This document shows, piece after piece, positions 1-10,640 of a DNA stretch of 64,000 nucleotides (the stretch's first letter is position 1; each line of letters opens with the position of its first letter). Both the position numbers and the translations under genes were made by a program. Below the pieces are notes generated by a model that saw only the letters and a list, made by a program, of their open reading frames with translations, was not told the origin of the DNA and searched no databases. The stretch covers positions 29,202,001 to 29,266,000 of the forward strand of contig NC_043007.1 in assembly GCF_006345805.1 (NCBI RefSeq), given 5' to 3'. Source of the DNA: Octopus sinensis. Its lineage: Eukaryota.

Positions 1-1517
1 TGACCAAAATAATGAGACACATTCATAAACGTCCATATATATATATATATATATATATATACGAAAGAGAGATGGTAGGAAAGTCTAGAGAGCAGAACAG
101 CAGATGGTCTTCAGAGAAGCCCCATTTCAGGCAAATGTTTCAGCCCTTAACTCCTACCTCTAAGGTAGAATTAATACAATTCAATTTTAAAAATTTACTG
201 TAATAAGTGGAATGTCCAGTGACCAGTGGTCACAACTTGGTGAGGAATCTTCAGAATAATCAGGATGAAGATTCCTGAATGAGCAGAAACCAAAGGTCAT
301 TATTTGATTATAAATATATATATATACACACACATAGTGTCTGTGTGTTTGTATACAGTAAAAGTGGGGATTAAAAGTTGCCCACAGATTCCCCATCCTC
401 TCACAAGAAAGTGATTTCCAACAAAAAGAAAAAAAATGGGATTGTTTTTAATGAAGAAAAGCAGTTGATTGAATTAATTGTTGATAATTGGCAAGGCATT
501 GTCAGGTGATGTATCCGTGTGTGTGTGTGGGTGTGTATATATCTCTTGGTACATCTTCCTAGTGTGCGCTGCAGTTACAGCTAATCTTCTTTCTCTATTT
601 CTCTGTCAGTGACATCCTCCTACATAACTGCATCAATTCCACCAGCCATAAGCCAGATATTGCAAATGGTAAAACCGATTTAGAAATGAGTGCTGAGACA
701 TATACAGTTTATGTACTTTTAACTGTATATATATATGTGTGTGTGTGTGTGCACTAATTTTCTGGGTGTACATGTACATATCCATGTTTATGCAAGTGTA
801 TGCCTGCATGATTGTATGAAAGAATGTGCATATTTACAAGTTAGGTGCATTTCTATGCTTCCATTTACGTGAGTAATATCTATTTGATGATCCTCTCTCT
901 ATACATGTGTGTGTGTGTGTGTCTACATGTGAACACCATGTAGCTTTTCTTGGATTAGTTTTCCAGGTTGAGAAAAAATAGTTTTGAATCTTTTGCCTTC
1001 AGATCTTTTCTTTCTTCTAGATACATATCACACACATATTTAAATATAATATAATATAATATATATATATATATATATAGTATAGTTAAATATACAGTAT
1101 TTCCAAGCGGTGCAATAAGTTAGGCATGGCCTGAGCCAATACTGGCCGAAACTTGTCTATCTAAATATACATATATATAGTATATGTAATATATATATAT
1201 ATACACACTATATATTATATATATGTATATGCATATATATGATGCGATATATATACATACACACGCACATTTCTATATACAATTCGTAAAAATCATTTAA
1301 ATCAGAATATCACCATTATCATCGTCATCATCATGTAAAAATCCTGAGAAAAATAATTCTTTAAATGTTGAAGCTGTTTAATATATAAAGATGTTAGTTG
1401 ATGATGTCTGGAAGGAAGGAAAAAGAGAGAGGGGGGAGAGAAGGAGAGCAGCAACTCTTACAAAGTGGTCATCCTTTGACCATCGGCATTAGAGTCAGCC
1501 TCCTTATTGTTGTTGTT

Positions 1518-1687
1518 TTAATAGCCAATATAGCCACCACGAGTTCTGATGTTGCTGAGGGAGAAACCAATGGCTAAATACACCACAATAGCAACCACAA
1601 TGGATATGACACTCCAGAAGAATGAGTTCAAACTCCACTTGAGGGCATATTTGGTATCTCCTTGGGCATAAGCACGGTTTGACATCA
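1518..1687 (-). CDS. CD225/dispanin (IFITM/PRRT/SynDIG-like) membrane protein, last coding exon
   Basis: Acceptor ttcttttccag| at 1688; phase-1 join to the 6406-6598 exon gives (V)MSNRAYAQGDTKYALKWSLNSFFWSVISIVVAIVVYLAIGFSLSNIRTRGGYIGY*, with the GD-x3-A loop motif followed by a TM helix typical of CD225. Confidence 0.88.
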
Positions 1688-1745
1688 CTGGAAAAGAAAA
1701 GAAGGGAAGATGCTGAGAAAAAGAATTATTGCATTAATCACACAT

Positions 1746-1959
1746 ACTCTTTACTCTCTTACTTGTTTCAGTCATTTGACTGCGGCCATGCTGGAGCACT
1801 GCCTTTAGTCGAGCAAATCGACCCCCAGGACTTATTCTTTGTAAGCCTAGTACCTCTATAGCTCTCTTTTGCCGAACTGCTAAGTTACGGGGACGTAAAC
1901 ACACCAGCATCGGTTGTCAAGCGATGTTGGGGGGGACAAACACAGACACGCAAACATAT

Positions 1960-1994
<35 letters not shown>

Positions 1995-2160
1995 CACACA
2001 CACGACGGGCTCCTTTCAGTTTCCGTCAACCAAATCCACTCACAAGGCTTTGGTCGGTTCTATAGTAGAAGACACTTGCCCAAGGTGCCACACAATGGGA
2101 CTGAACTCAGAACCATGTGGTTGGTAAGCAAGCTACTTACCACACAGCCACTCCTGTGCC
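1746..2160 (-). mobile_element. tRNA-derived SINE family A (octopus-type, CORE-like), near full length
   Basis: tRNA-like head GGAGTGGCTGTGTGGTAAG...GGTTCTGAGTTCAGTCCCA, central CCTTGGGCAAGTGTCTTCTACTATAG, tail GCTCCAGCATGGCCGCAGTCAAATGACTGAAAC; more than 10 copies in window. Confidence 0.85.
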
Positions 2161-2644
2161 TGTTTACATGTGTAAACAAACACACATTTATACACTTGCA
2201 GTAGGACAGGCATACTCTCTCTCTCTCTCACACACACACACACCCATTCTAGCATGGGTTAGACAAATATTTATTGAGATTTCTGTGACATTAAACTCAG
2301 GCACCATAGAATTCTCGTTCCAGTTGTTTGGGAAAATGCAAACCAACAAATTAATTAATTAAGAAACCAAGAGCAATATCACTGTCCGACGTTTCATACG
2401 AACACACACACATCGTTTTTTCCTTCATCTCTCATGCCTATGCAGGGGCACCACCTTGAGGAATTTTAGTCAAAGGAATTGGCCCTGGCACTTAGCAGTT
2501 CAGGAAACAAACACTGATAGAATAAGAACGAGGTTTAAAAAGGAAAAAAAAAACTAGCTAAGTTACAGGGATGTAAACACCCCAACACCAGTTGTCAAGT
2601 GGGGGGGGACTAACACATACACCCTTCGATATATATATATATAT

Positions 2645-3830
2645 ATCATCATCATCATCATCGTTTAACGTTAGCTTTCCATTCTAGCATGAGTTGGACA
2701 GTTTGACTGAGGACTGGCGAGCCAGATGGCTGCCCTAGGCTCAATCTGATCTGGCAAAGTTTCTACAGCTGGATGCCTTTCCTAATGCCAAGTGGGTGCT
2801 TTTACGTGACACTGGCACGAGGGCCAGTTAGGTGGTACTGGCAACAGCCATGCTCAAAAGGTGTTTTTTATGTGCCACCTGTACAGGAGCCAGTCCAGCA
2901 GCACTGGCAACAACCTCGCTTGAATGTTTTTACACGTGCCAGTAAGGCAACACTGGTAACGATCACACTCAAATGGTGCTTTTTACGTGCCACTGGCATG
3001 GAAGCCAGTCAGCTGCTCTGGCAACGATCACACTCGGATGGTGCTCTTAGCACTCCACTAGCACAGATGCCAGTCATCAAATTTGATTTTGATTTCACTT
3101 GCCTCAATAGGTCTTCACAAGCAGAGTTTATCATCCAATGAATGAGAGGTAATCATAAGTGGACTGGCTACACTCTTGGCATAGGCCATGGGTTATGGTC
3201 TCACTTGGCTTGCCAGGTCTCCTCAAGCATAGCATATTTCCAAAGGTCATTGCCTCGGTGACACCCAATGTTCGAAGGTCGTGCTTCACCACCTCATTCC
3301 AGGTCTTCCTGGGTCTACCTCTTCCACAAGTTTCTTCAACTGCTAGGATGTGGCACTTTTTCACACAGCTGTCCTCAACCATTCTCACCACATGACTATA
3401 CCAGCGCAGTCATCTCTCTTGCACACCACATCTAATGCTTCTTAGGTCCAACTTTTCTCTCAAGGTACTTACACTCTGTCGTATATGCACACTGACATTA
3501 CACATCCATTGGATCATACTGGCTTCATTCCTTGCGAGCTTACACATGTCCTCAGCAGTCTCAGCCCATGTTTTACTGCCGTGTAGCATGGCTGTTCGTA
3601 CACATGCATCATACAGTCTACCTTTCACTCTGAGCGAGAGGCCCTTTGTCACTAGCAGAGGTAAGAGCTCTCTGAACTTTGCCCAAGCTATTCTTATTCT
3701 AGCAGCTACACTTTCAGCGCACCCTCCCCTGCTACTGACTTGGTCACCAAGGTAACGGAAGCTATCAACTACTTGTAGTTTTTCTCCCTGGAATGTGGCA
3801 GAAGTTGTTCTCTGCATGGATGCCCAAATA
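2645..3830 (-). mobile_element. RTE-type LINE 3' fragment with 3'UTR/tail
   Basis: ORFs LQVVDSFRYLGDQVS...RIRIAWAKFRELLPLL...LYDACVRTAMLHGS and GRGRPRKTWNEVV (RT thumb/C-terminus), then GTGGCACGTAAAAAGCACC subrepeats and GGCATCCAGCTGTAGAAAC...(GAT)n tail. Confidence 0.9.
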
Positions 3831-4954
3831 ATTTCCACATACCAATTCTCTTTACAAGACATTGCTCAGACCTAGACTAGCAGAGAAGGCACTCATCCCA
3901 ATTGCCATGAAGCGAGATAAAACTTGAAGTCATGATTAGAAAGTGACCTCCATGTTCACACAACCATGCAACATTTCTCTTTCTTACACACACACATAGA
4001 GTTGCCAGATACTGTCAAACTGTCCACCCCATGCTATCAGAGAAAATGGATTTTGGAGGAGGAGGAGGAGGAGGAAGGAAGAGGGGGGAGCTGATTGGAT
4101 GTATGACCACACAGAACAGGGCAGACGAGCAAAGATTTCAAGAGAAAGTATCAGTCAGCACATCATTTGTATAAGAATAGGAACGGCTCGTGTGAGAGAG
4201 CTGGTTTTGCTCAAGTGATCTGTGCAGAAAAGAATTACTTTTGTGTGGATATTGCAAGGGACATTTTAGTCAACAATCTGCACAGATGGGATTGTTACCC
4301 GAGTCTACAAGTGTGAAGATTGAATGTCTTAGAACCATTTGAATGTGTTTGCAAAGATGCTCCAAATAATACCACTGTTCTTCCATGTTGAGGTCTACAG
4401 CATGGAGAGCTGGAAACATTGCTATCTTTGATCCAAAAGTGGTAAGTATGTTGTGTGTTTCTGGCTTTGAAAGTACTTTCCATTAATCTTAAGGAGCTCT
4501 TCACTTTACCATTTGCAATCACTAAGTGCTTGCAGATAGTATCTTTCTGAGCAACTTGCCATCAAATAGTTAGGATATTCTGTTGCTACCATTGCATTCT
4601 GGTGGATGCGGTGTGGATGTTTCTTATAATTCTATAATCTTCTTTGTGATTGGATATTCAAAATGCAGTTATTTAAGCAGCCACAACACAGTTATGAACA
4701 TAAGAACATCCAACTTCGATTTTCTGTGCTTCTTCGCACGTTACATTGACACTTGACTTCTGCTGTGACTTTTTTTCCAGAAAAACTAAGCCAAGTCCTT
4801 CCATTCTTTTTGTTGCCTGAAAGCTCTCAAATAACAAGAAACGGAGTACTAGCAGAAAGAATCCTGAGTAACAGTAGCAGCTGTAGTGCAGGGTGCATCA
4901 AGTTTTTGAGGAAACCTCTTTTGAGAGCGCCAACTTCCTTCTTTGTTTTTTTGA

Positions 4955-5300
4955 CTCAGCAAATGAAAAGACAGGCAGAACTCGTTGCCTTAAAAGGGGC
5001 AGCAAAGGGATTCAGAATTAGCTTGCTTGCTGAAAGTTGCCCGATCCTTCAGAGTCGAAATTCAAAAAGGAATGGAATCAGCTAATGGGAATCCAACAAT
5101 GTCAGCAGTTCAATGCAACACGTAACCACAGGATCCGAATACCATCAGAACATACAACTTTGTACAAAAAGCCCAAGAAATAATCAATAAAAATTCCAGC
5201 GAGTCAATCAGAGCCATTACAAAGGACGTCAAAGTTTCAGAATGCATAAGGACATCTGGTTCAAGCTGTATGTGCTATGGATGGGTCACTTTTCTTGGAT
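4955..5300 (+). mobile_element. Degraded Tc1/mariner transposase N-terminal fragment
   Basis: Translates with frameshifts to LKVARSF...TIRTYNFVQKAQEIINKNSSESIRAITKDVKVSECI...DIWFKLYVL, resembling the HTH region of mariner/maT-like transposases. Confidence 0.6.
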
Positions 5301-5399
5301 GACCTATGCCTAGCTTTGGATAAAGTCATACAAATAACCTCAAAATATTGATGTATCTTGTAGTAATAGTAACAGCAGCAGCAGTACTGCCCTAGAAGT

Positions 5400-5917
5400 C
5401 ATCGTGGTAGGGCAGTGAACGGGTGTGTCAGGGCTATGCCTTCGGGAACCTCGGTTCCTGGTAGGGCCACCCAAGGCAGATTGGCCTGCCACCCAGCGGT
5501 ATTAGGGCTGCAACTCGGCCAACGGGGTTCTGGTGAAAATCCAGGAGGTGTCGTCATCAGGAAACAGCAGCTCCTGGTCGTCTTGGCTGCATCATGGTGA
5601 ATCTTCAACAAGCAGGGGCGGTGGGAGATGCGTCCTTCACAAATGGAGAGAGGACAGCAAGCTACATCAAGCATGTTCGAACACTACTCCTCAGTGCATG
5701 ATGGGCGTACCTCCTCCCCTATGCAACTGCTGAGCCTGGATGCACATTCATCCATCTGTTGATGCTCTTGGTGTCGAGGGGTTGACCTGCTTTCTCTTCT
5801 TACGGGTCTTACGAATAGCAAAGGACCACGTTTCGGACTTCTCCCACTACAGACAATCCTGAGGCACGATCTTGTGAGCTCTGGGACGAAGACTGCTTCG
5901 CTCAACAAACAAACAAA
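5400..5917 (+). mobile_element. Internally deleted RTE-derived element (5' UTR fused to 3' end)
   Basis: GC-rich island; GTAGGGCCACCCAAG resembles the RTE/BovB-type 5' end; ends in RTE-like 3' sequence and (AAAC)n tail. Confidence 0.45.
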
Positions 5918-6405
5918 GCAGCAGCAGTAGCAGTAGTAGTAGTCAACCCTTCAAAACCTAGTGGTTTCTTAATGCTAGGCAACACAGTGCTACTAGTTTA
6001 TCCACGAAGTCCAATGTTTTAAGATCGAATTCTGTCAGTTGTTCTTATATCTGACTTCCAGCATCAGCTTGCTTGTCTGGCAGAAACTGGAAACATCTTG
6101 GAAGCTGATTCTTCTCATTTGCCACCCAAGCAGTCATTTTTCTTCATCACCAACACCATCAGTGAACAACCAACCAATTCTCCCCTAGAACTCCACAGAA
6201 GACATTTTCCATTCCAAATTCCATGTCTGAGAATCTGCAGACAACACTCATTCAGTCAAACTTTCACAGAGAGATTAACTATTTCTTACCAAAACTCGTT
6301 CTTTAAACTTATTCCAACAACAAAACAAGGAAAAGAAAGAGAATCTTCAAAGTGATTCTGTTATTTTTGATGTAAAATATTAATGAGAAATCAAGATATA
6401 TTCAC

Positions 6406-6598
6406 CTGAAAGCATTATACTAATTGGACCGAGTAAGGGGTTGATAATAGTCACAAAAATAGCCAAAGGTAAATAGTTGTGAGGTTTTGGTCCAATATAA
6501 TGGCCCTGTACAATGGTTTTGTTGGTATAAACTGGATCACGGGTGACCAATATCATCTTGGAATTAGTCCTGTACAAATCAGAGTTTTCAGTCGTCAT
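6406..6598 (-). CDS. CD225/dispanin-family protein, first coding exon
   Basis: ctttcag|A ATG at 6599; MTTENSD...GPKPHNYLPLAIFVTIINPLLGPISIMLS; donor G|gtgaa at 6405; the P-x-NYL-x-LAIF motif matches the CD225 N-terminal hydrophobic segment; spliced CDS 363 nt = 120 aa. Confidence 0.88.
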
Positions 6599-7130
6599 TC
6601 TGAAAGTAGAAGGAGAAACAGTCAGATGATTAATGCAAGTGTGTTAATGAGATAATGAAACAGCAATATTAATGAATTGAGGGAACCCCTATGTGGCCAT
6701 TGGGCCAACGAGAAATAGCAATGACATCTCCCTCAATTCATACCCTGTCCGTTTAAAATATGTCTAGCATGTCTGATTACAGTAATATAGTAGTAATCGC
6801 CAACAGCCGGCCACTGATCAGAAAGAGCTTCTAGGGTAGCAGATTTCTTTCCTCGATCAATACTGGTAAGAGCCAGCAATGGCTCTGAAACAGCTGTAAG
6901 CCTATAATAAATAAATGTACATACCCAATTTTATGTCTATTTTATGTATCATTATAAAAAGCATCTTAAATGGGTAGTGGAACCATGGATTTACACATGT
7001 GACTGGACCTTGATTTCGGATTCCCAGGAGAACAAGAGTTTTTAGTTAGTCTGGTAGATTATCTGCAGGGAGCTGATTAAGTATTTTGCTTGGGTTACTA
7101 ATTCCGCATGAATTCCTTTTTGTTTGGAGA

Positions 7131-7160
<30 letters not shown>

Positions 7161-7161
<1 letters not shown>

Positions 7162-8866
7162 GATTTTTATTACAGCCACAAGGGCCTAACACAGAGGGGA
7201 CACAGAACAAAGACAGACAGGCCAGCACAGTGGGGACAAAAACATAAAACGAATGTAAAATGGTAATACGTACAATGAAATTGATGGAGATGAAATGGCT
7301 ACATGTGCCCCACTCACATGTAGTACCATTTAAACGTTCTTACTCTCCCTTTTTATAATCCATGTTTTTAGTCTCTTTGCATCTGTTTTATTTTTTTGGT
7401 TTTTTTCTTTCATGAACACAAGTTACTCTCTCTTTTTTTGAATTCCTTTTATATAATGGCCTTAATTCATTTAGTTTGACCACTGATGGTAGATCGTCGA
7501 ACTCTACCTGGAAAGTTGGTGCTTCAAATCTGCATTTTTCTTTCTGCCTGCTCCATCTTTCTTTGTCTATTAGAATCCCCTTCACATTCTCAGCGTAACT
7601 GTCCTTTCGCAGCTTCACCCCTATCACCGATTTCATCTTCGCAACCATCTTTGCCCTAAACACATTTTTGTCATATTTTACAAAATACCAATTCTGCTTT
7701 CTCCGCTCTCGCTCACCGTGTTCTGCTCTTGGCATCACTCGACCCATTTCTGTTGCTGTCCCTTCTTCCTCTTGCTGCTGCTCCACCTCATGGCTTACAC
7801 AACCCTCCAGTCTGCCTGTTTCCATCTGTTCCTCCTCCATAACTTCTTTCTCAACCTCCTTTTCCACCTCTCTCTCTATCTCCTTTGTTTCTTTTTTCTT
7901 CTCCAGCGGAGAGCCTTTTCTTTTTCTTTTTTTAACCACTTCGAATCCTTCCTCTGCCTCTTCCTCCTCTTCCTGTACCTCCTACTCCTCCGACTCTTCT
8001 ATTTCTTGTTCTTTTTCTTCTCTCTGGAGGCACCTTGCCTTCATGTCGCCTTTCTCGCCACACAATATCTGCGAGGCCTGCCCTCCACCACTACTTGCAA
8101 CCTCACACCTTCTGGTAGGATTATTTCTTCTGGGATTTTGATCATATCCCTATCTGTTGTCTGAAGTGGCATCTCGACCCCATGACCCCACCAGTCCACC
8201 TTTCTTCTTCTTGTCACGCTTTGTATCCTGGCATCTTCTTCCATATTGTGTAATATCGCTGCAACCAGCCATGTCTCCTCTAATTCCGGTGCTATTTTTC
8301 CTACCCTCACTCGGACAACTCCTCTGCCACAGTAAGTTGGTAGGAAAACCCACTCTTCCAATTTTGTGGCATCAGTGGAATGCAATACCGCTTCGAAATC
8401 ACTATCGAATCGCACCTCCACTGTGCCATATTTTCTTCCTCTTGTTACAAATGTCATCTTTCTTTTAATTACTTGTAAATGCTTCTCAATTTCTTCAATT
8501 GGTTCTATTTCAGTTTTCTTTGACAATACTTTCAGAGTTTTATAAATTATGCTCTTTCTCTTGACACTATATATTACATCGAGTGGAGGGGTCAATTTCA
8601 GGTTGTGGCCTTCTTTTTCTAAAAGGTTGCTGCATTCCTTCAACCTTTCCGGCTCGATTTTCACTTCTCGTACTTCAACACCTTTTCCAGTTGCAGCCGC
8701 ATAACTGTGGCTCTTGGCTGGTTCAGCTTGCACAGCACTGCTTGTTGCTTCTCCCATAAATGGGAAGAAAAAAGACAGTTCAAAAAATAATTGTGAGAAC
8801 AAACAGTAATTTTAAACAGGAAAGAAATGTGGTTCACCCACAAGGGGATACCTTCAACAACAAAAA

Positions 8867-8868
<2 letters not shown>
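7161..8868 (-). mobile_element. ORF1-only (HAL1-like) non-LTR element with L1/Tx1-type gag-like ORF1, pseudogenised
   Basis: ORF from M at 8757 (SYAAA, VRVRVGKI, RLQVVVEGRPRR) frameshifts into C-GEKGDMKARC (degenerate zinc knuckle), an acidic region with one stop, and a C-terminal domain to 7388; 3'UTR ends GGCCCTTGTGGCTGTAATAAA; no EN/RT; (TA)n on both sides. Confidence 0.7.
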
Positions 8869-8900
<32 letters not shown>

Positions 8901-9005
8901 GATAGATGTAAGTCGTCTAAGAGACCATAAATCAGGGAAAAGATGCACTTGTATATTTGTCAGTAGAATGGGTATATTATCTGAAATGTATTAAATATCT
9001 ATCAT

Positions 9006-9097
9006 GGCTGGTCTTACCAATTGGTTTCGCATAAAGAATACAATGGAGTGTTAGATAACAAACAAGTTGTATAACTTTATGCTCATCAGAGTCAGCC
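9006..9097 (-). ncRNA. Type I minimal hammerhead ribozyme (Penelope-associated), intact core
   Basis: Reverse complement: ggctgact-CTGATGA-GCATAAAG...CTTTATGC-GAAAC-caattg-GTA-agaccagcc; 8-bp perfect stem II, palindromic stem III, stem I GGCTG/CAGCC; followed by a PLE-like tail to about 8897. Confidence 0.8.
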
Positions 9098-9344
9098 GAT
9101 ATGGAAGGGAATATTGCAACTGCTCTCTAGTGTCGGAGGTGGATTAGCACAACCAGTCAGTAGCTGCTGTGAAAAACATGGAGGAACAAAAAAGGGGCCA
9201 GGGGATTAGTTTAGGAGTTATGTCCCTTGGTTGACGCACACATTGACACAGATGCGCGTCTATGCATGCGTGCGTTTTGTGCATGCACTTTTAAAATTTT
9301 CCCTTGAACCTTACCTCTGTCTTATGTTTCATTCAAAATCGCCA

Positions 9345-9890
9345 TTGTGGCTCTCCCTCTTTCTTCAGAGAGTGATGGTCTTCATTCTTGTCCATGTTGG
9401 GTTGTCGGTGCACTTGAAGGTGGCTGAACAGTCCAAGTCGGGCTTTGAAGGATCTTCTGAAAGTTGGACAAGTTGTTCATTGGAGGAGGTCTACTCTGGA
9501 TTGGAGCTGCATCTCATTCCTCCTTCTTCGCTTTTCTTCCAGTTCTTCACATCTCTTTGTCTCGAATATAGTTGTTCCTTCATGGACGATGGGTCTCCAG
9601 AGGTTTTGGTCAATTTGCATTTTCTTCCCAGTTGTTGAAGTCGATTTTCATACTGGCCCCTCAACAGATCCCTTCTTCTGTCCTCCTTCTTTCAGCTTTG
9701 GTAAATGGTCATCAGGCATTCAAACAACATGTCCACTCCATCTCAGTTGACGATGAGGTGAGCTTCAATGCTTGTTGTTTTCACTGCTTTCAAGATGCTG
9801 ATGGTTGTTGTTCTGTCTTCTCAGCCGAAGTTCAGGATACATCGAAGACATCTTTGATGAAACACTTCCAATGTTTTCACGCGGCAAAAT
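9345..9890 (-). mobile_element. RTE-clade LINE 3' fragment (second RTE family)
   Basis: Minus strand gives LEVFHQRCLRCILN, a WSGHVV-MPDDHLPK-like segment, and C-terminal RSFKARLGLFSHLQVH zinc-finger-like end; multiple frameshifts. Confidence 0.75.
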
Positions 9891-10312
9891 ATCATTCAAA
9901 ATACCTACTTTTCATATGACCCCAAAATTAAGAATTTTCTACAAAGAATTTCCGAGCACTCCAACTTAATGGAATCTGTGAAGAGAGAGACCAAAGAAGA
10001 CTTGTTATTTCCATTTTATGGAAATAACAAAAGACCAAACTCACTAACAATACACTTTACAATTGAAGTCCTCTCTTCACCCCTCACAAAACACACGTTA
10101 AAGGCAACGGTTGGCTTTAACAAGTTGTGATATATGTGCCTATATTATAAGCATGCACACACGCGCGCGCGTTCCCTGCCAAGCCCACCTTATTTTACCT
10201 TATTTTCCCACCTTATTTTACCTTATTTTCCAAAACACCACATTTTTTACTTCAGTTTTTCTATTTATTCATCTAATTTTCGATTGCTATCAATTACTAA
10301 TATACTTCTTTT

Positions 10313-10640
10313 TACTGGCACATGTGCCAGTGACACGTGAAATGCAACATTCGAGTGTGGTCGTTGCCAGTGCCGCCGGACTGGTTCCTGTGCAGGTAGC
10401 ATGGAAAAAAATACCTTTTGAGCATGGTCATTGCCAGAACCGCCTGACTGGCCCTCTTGCTGGTGGCACGTAAAAGCACCCACTACACTCTCGGAGTGGT
10501 TGGTGTTAGGAAGGGCATCCAGCTGTAGAAACTTTGCCAGAACAGATTAGAGCCTGGTGCAGCCTTCTGGCTCGCCAGTCCTCAGTTAAACCGTCCAACC
10601 CATGCCAGTATGGAGAGCGGACGTTAAACGACGACGACGA
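10313..10640 (+). mobile_element. RTE-tail repeat (SINE-like or truncated LINE 3' end)
   Basis: GTGGCACGTAAAAGCACCCACTACACTCTCGGAGTGGTTGG...GGCATCCAGCTGTAGAAAC...CGTTAAACGACGAC; same tail at 2645, 30440-30720, 42070-42275, 45790-46190, 52740-52870, 63225-63300. Confidence 0.75.

Noticed and set aside
610-668. Plus-strand AG...GT bounded segment resembling a small exon
   Set aside because: No partner exons or recognisable peptide; lies downstream of the minus-strand gene
1125-1160. Hammerhead-like GCCAatacTGGC-cGAAAC-tt-GTC
   Set aside because: CUGANGA box and stem I are missing; at most a decayed copy
1746-2160. tRNA gene calls in SINE heads
   Set aside because: A/B-box-like heads continue into SINE bodies and do not form complete cloverleaves
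4200-4950. Coding-like degraded sequence, possibly a helicase or transposon remnant
   Set aside because: No frame gave a convincing motif by eye
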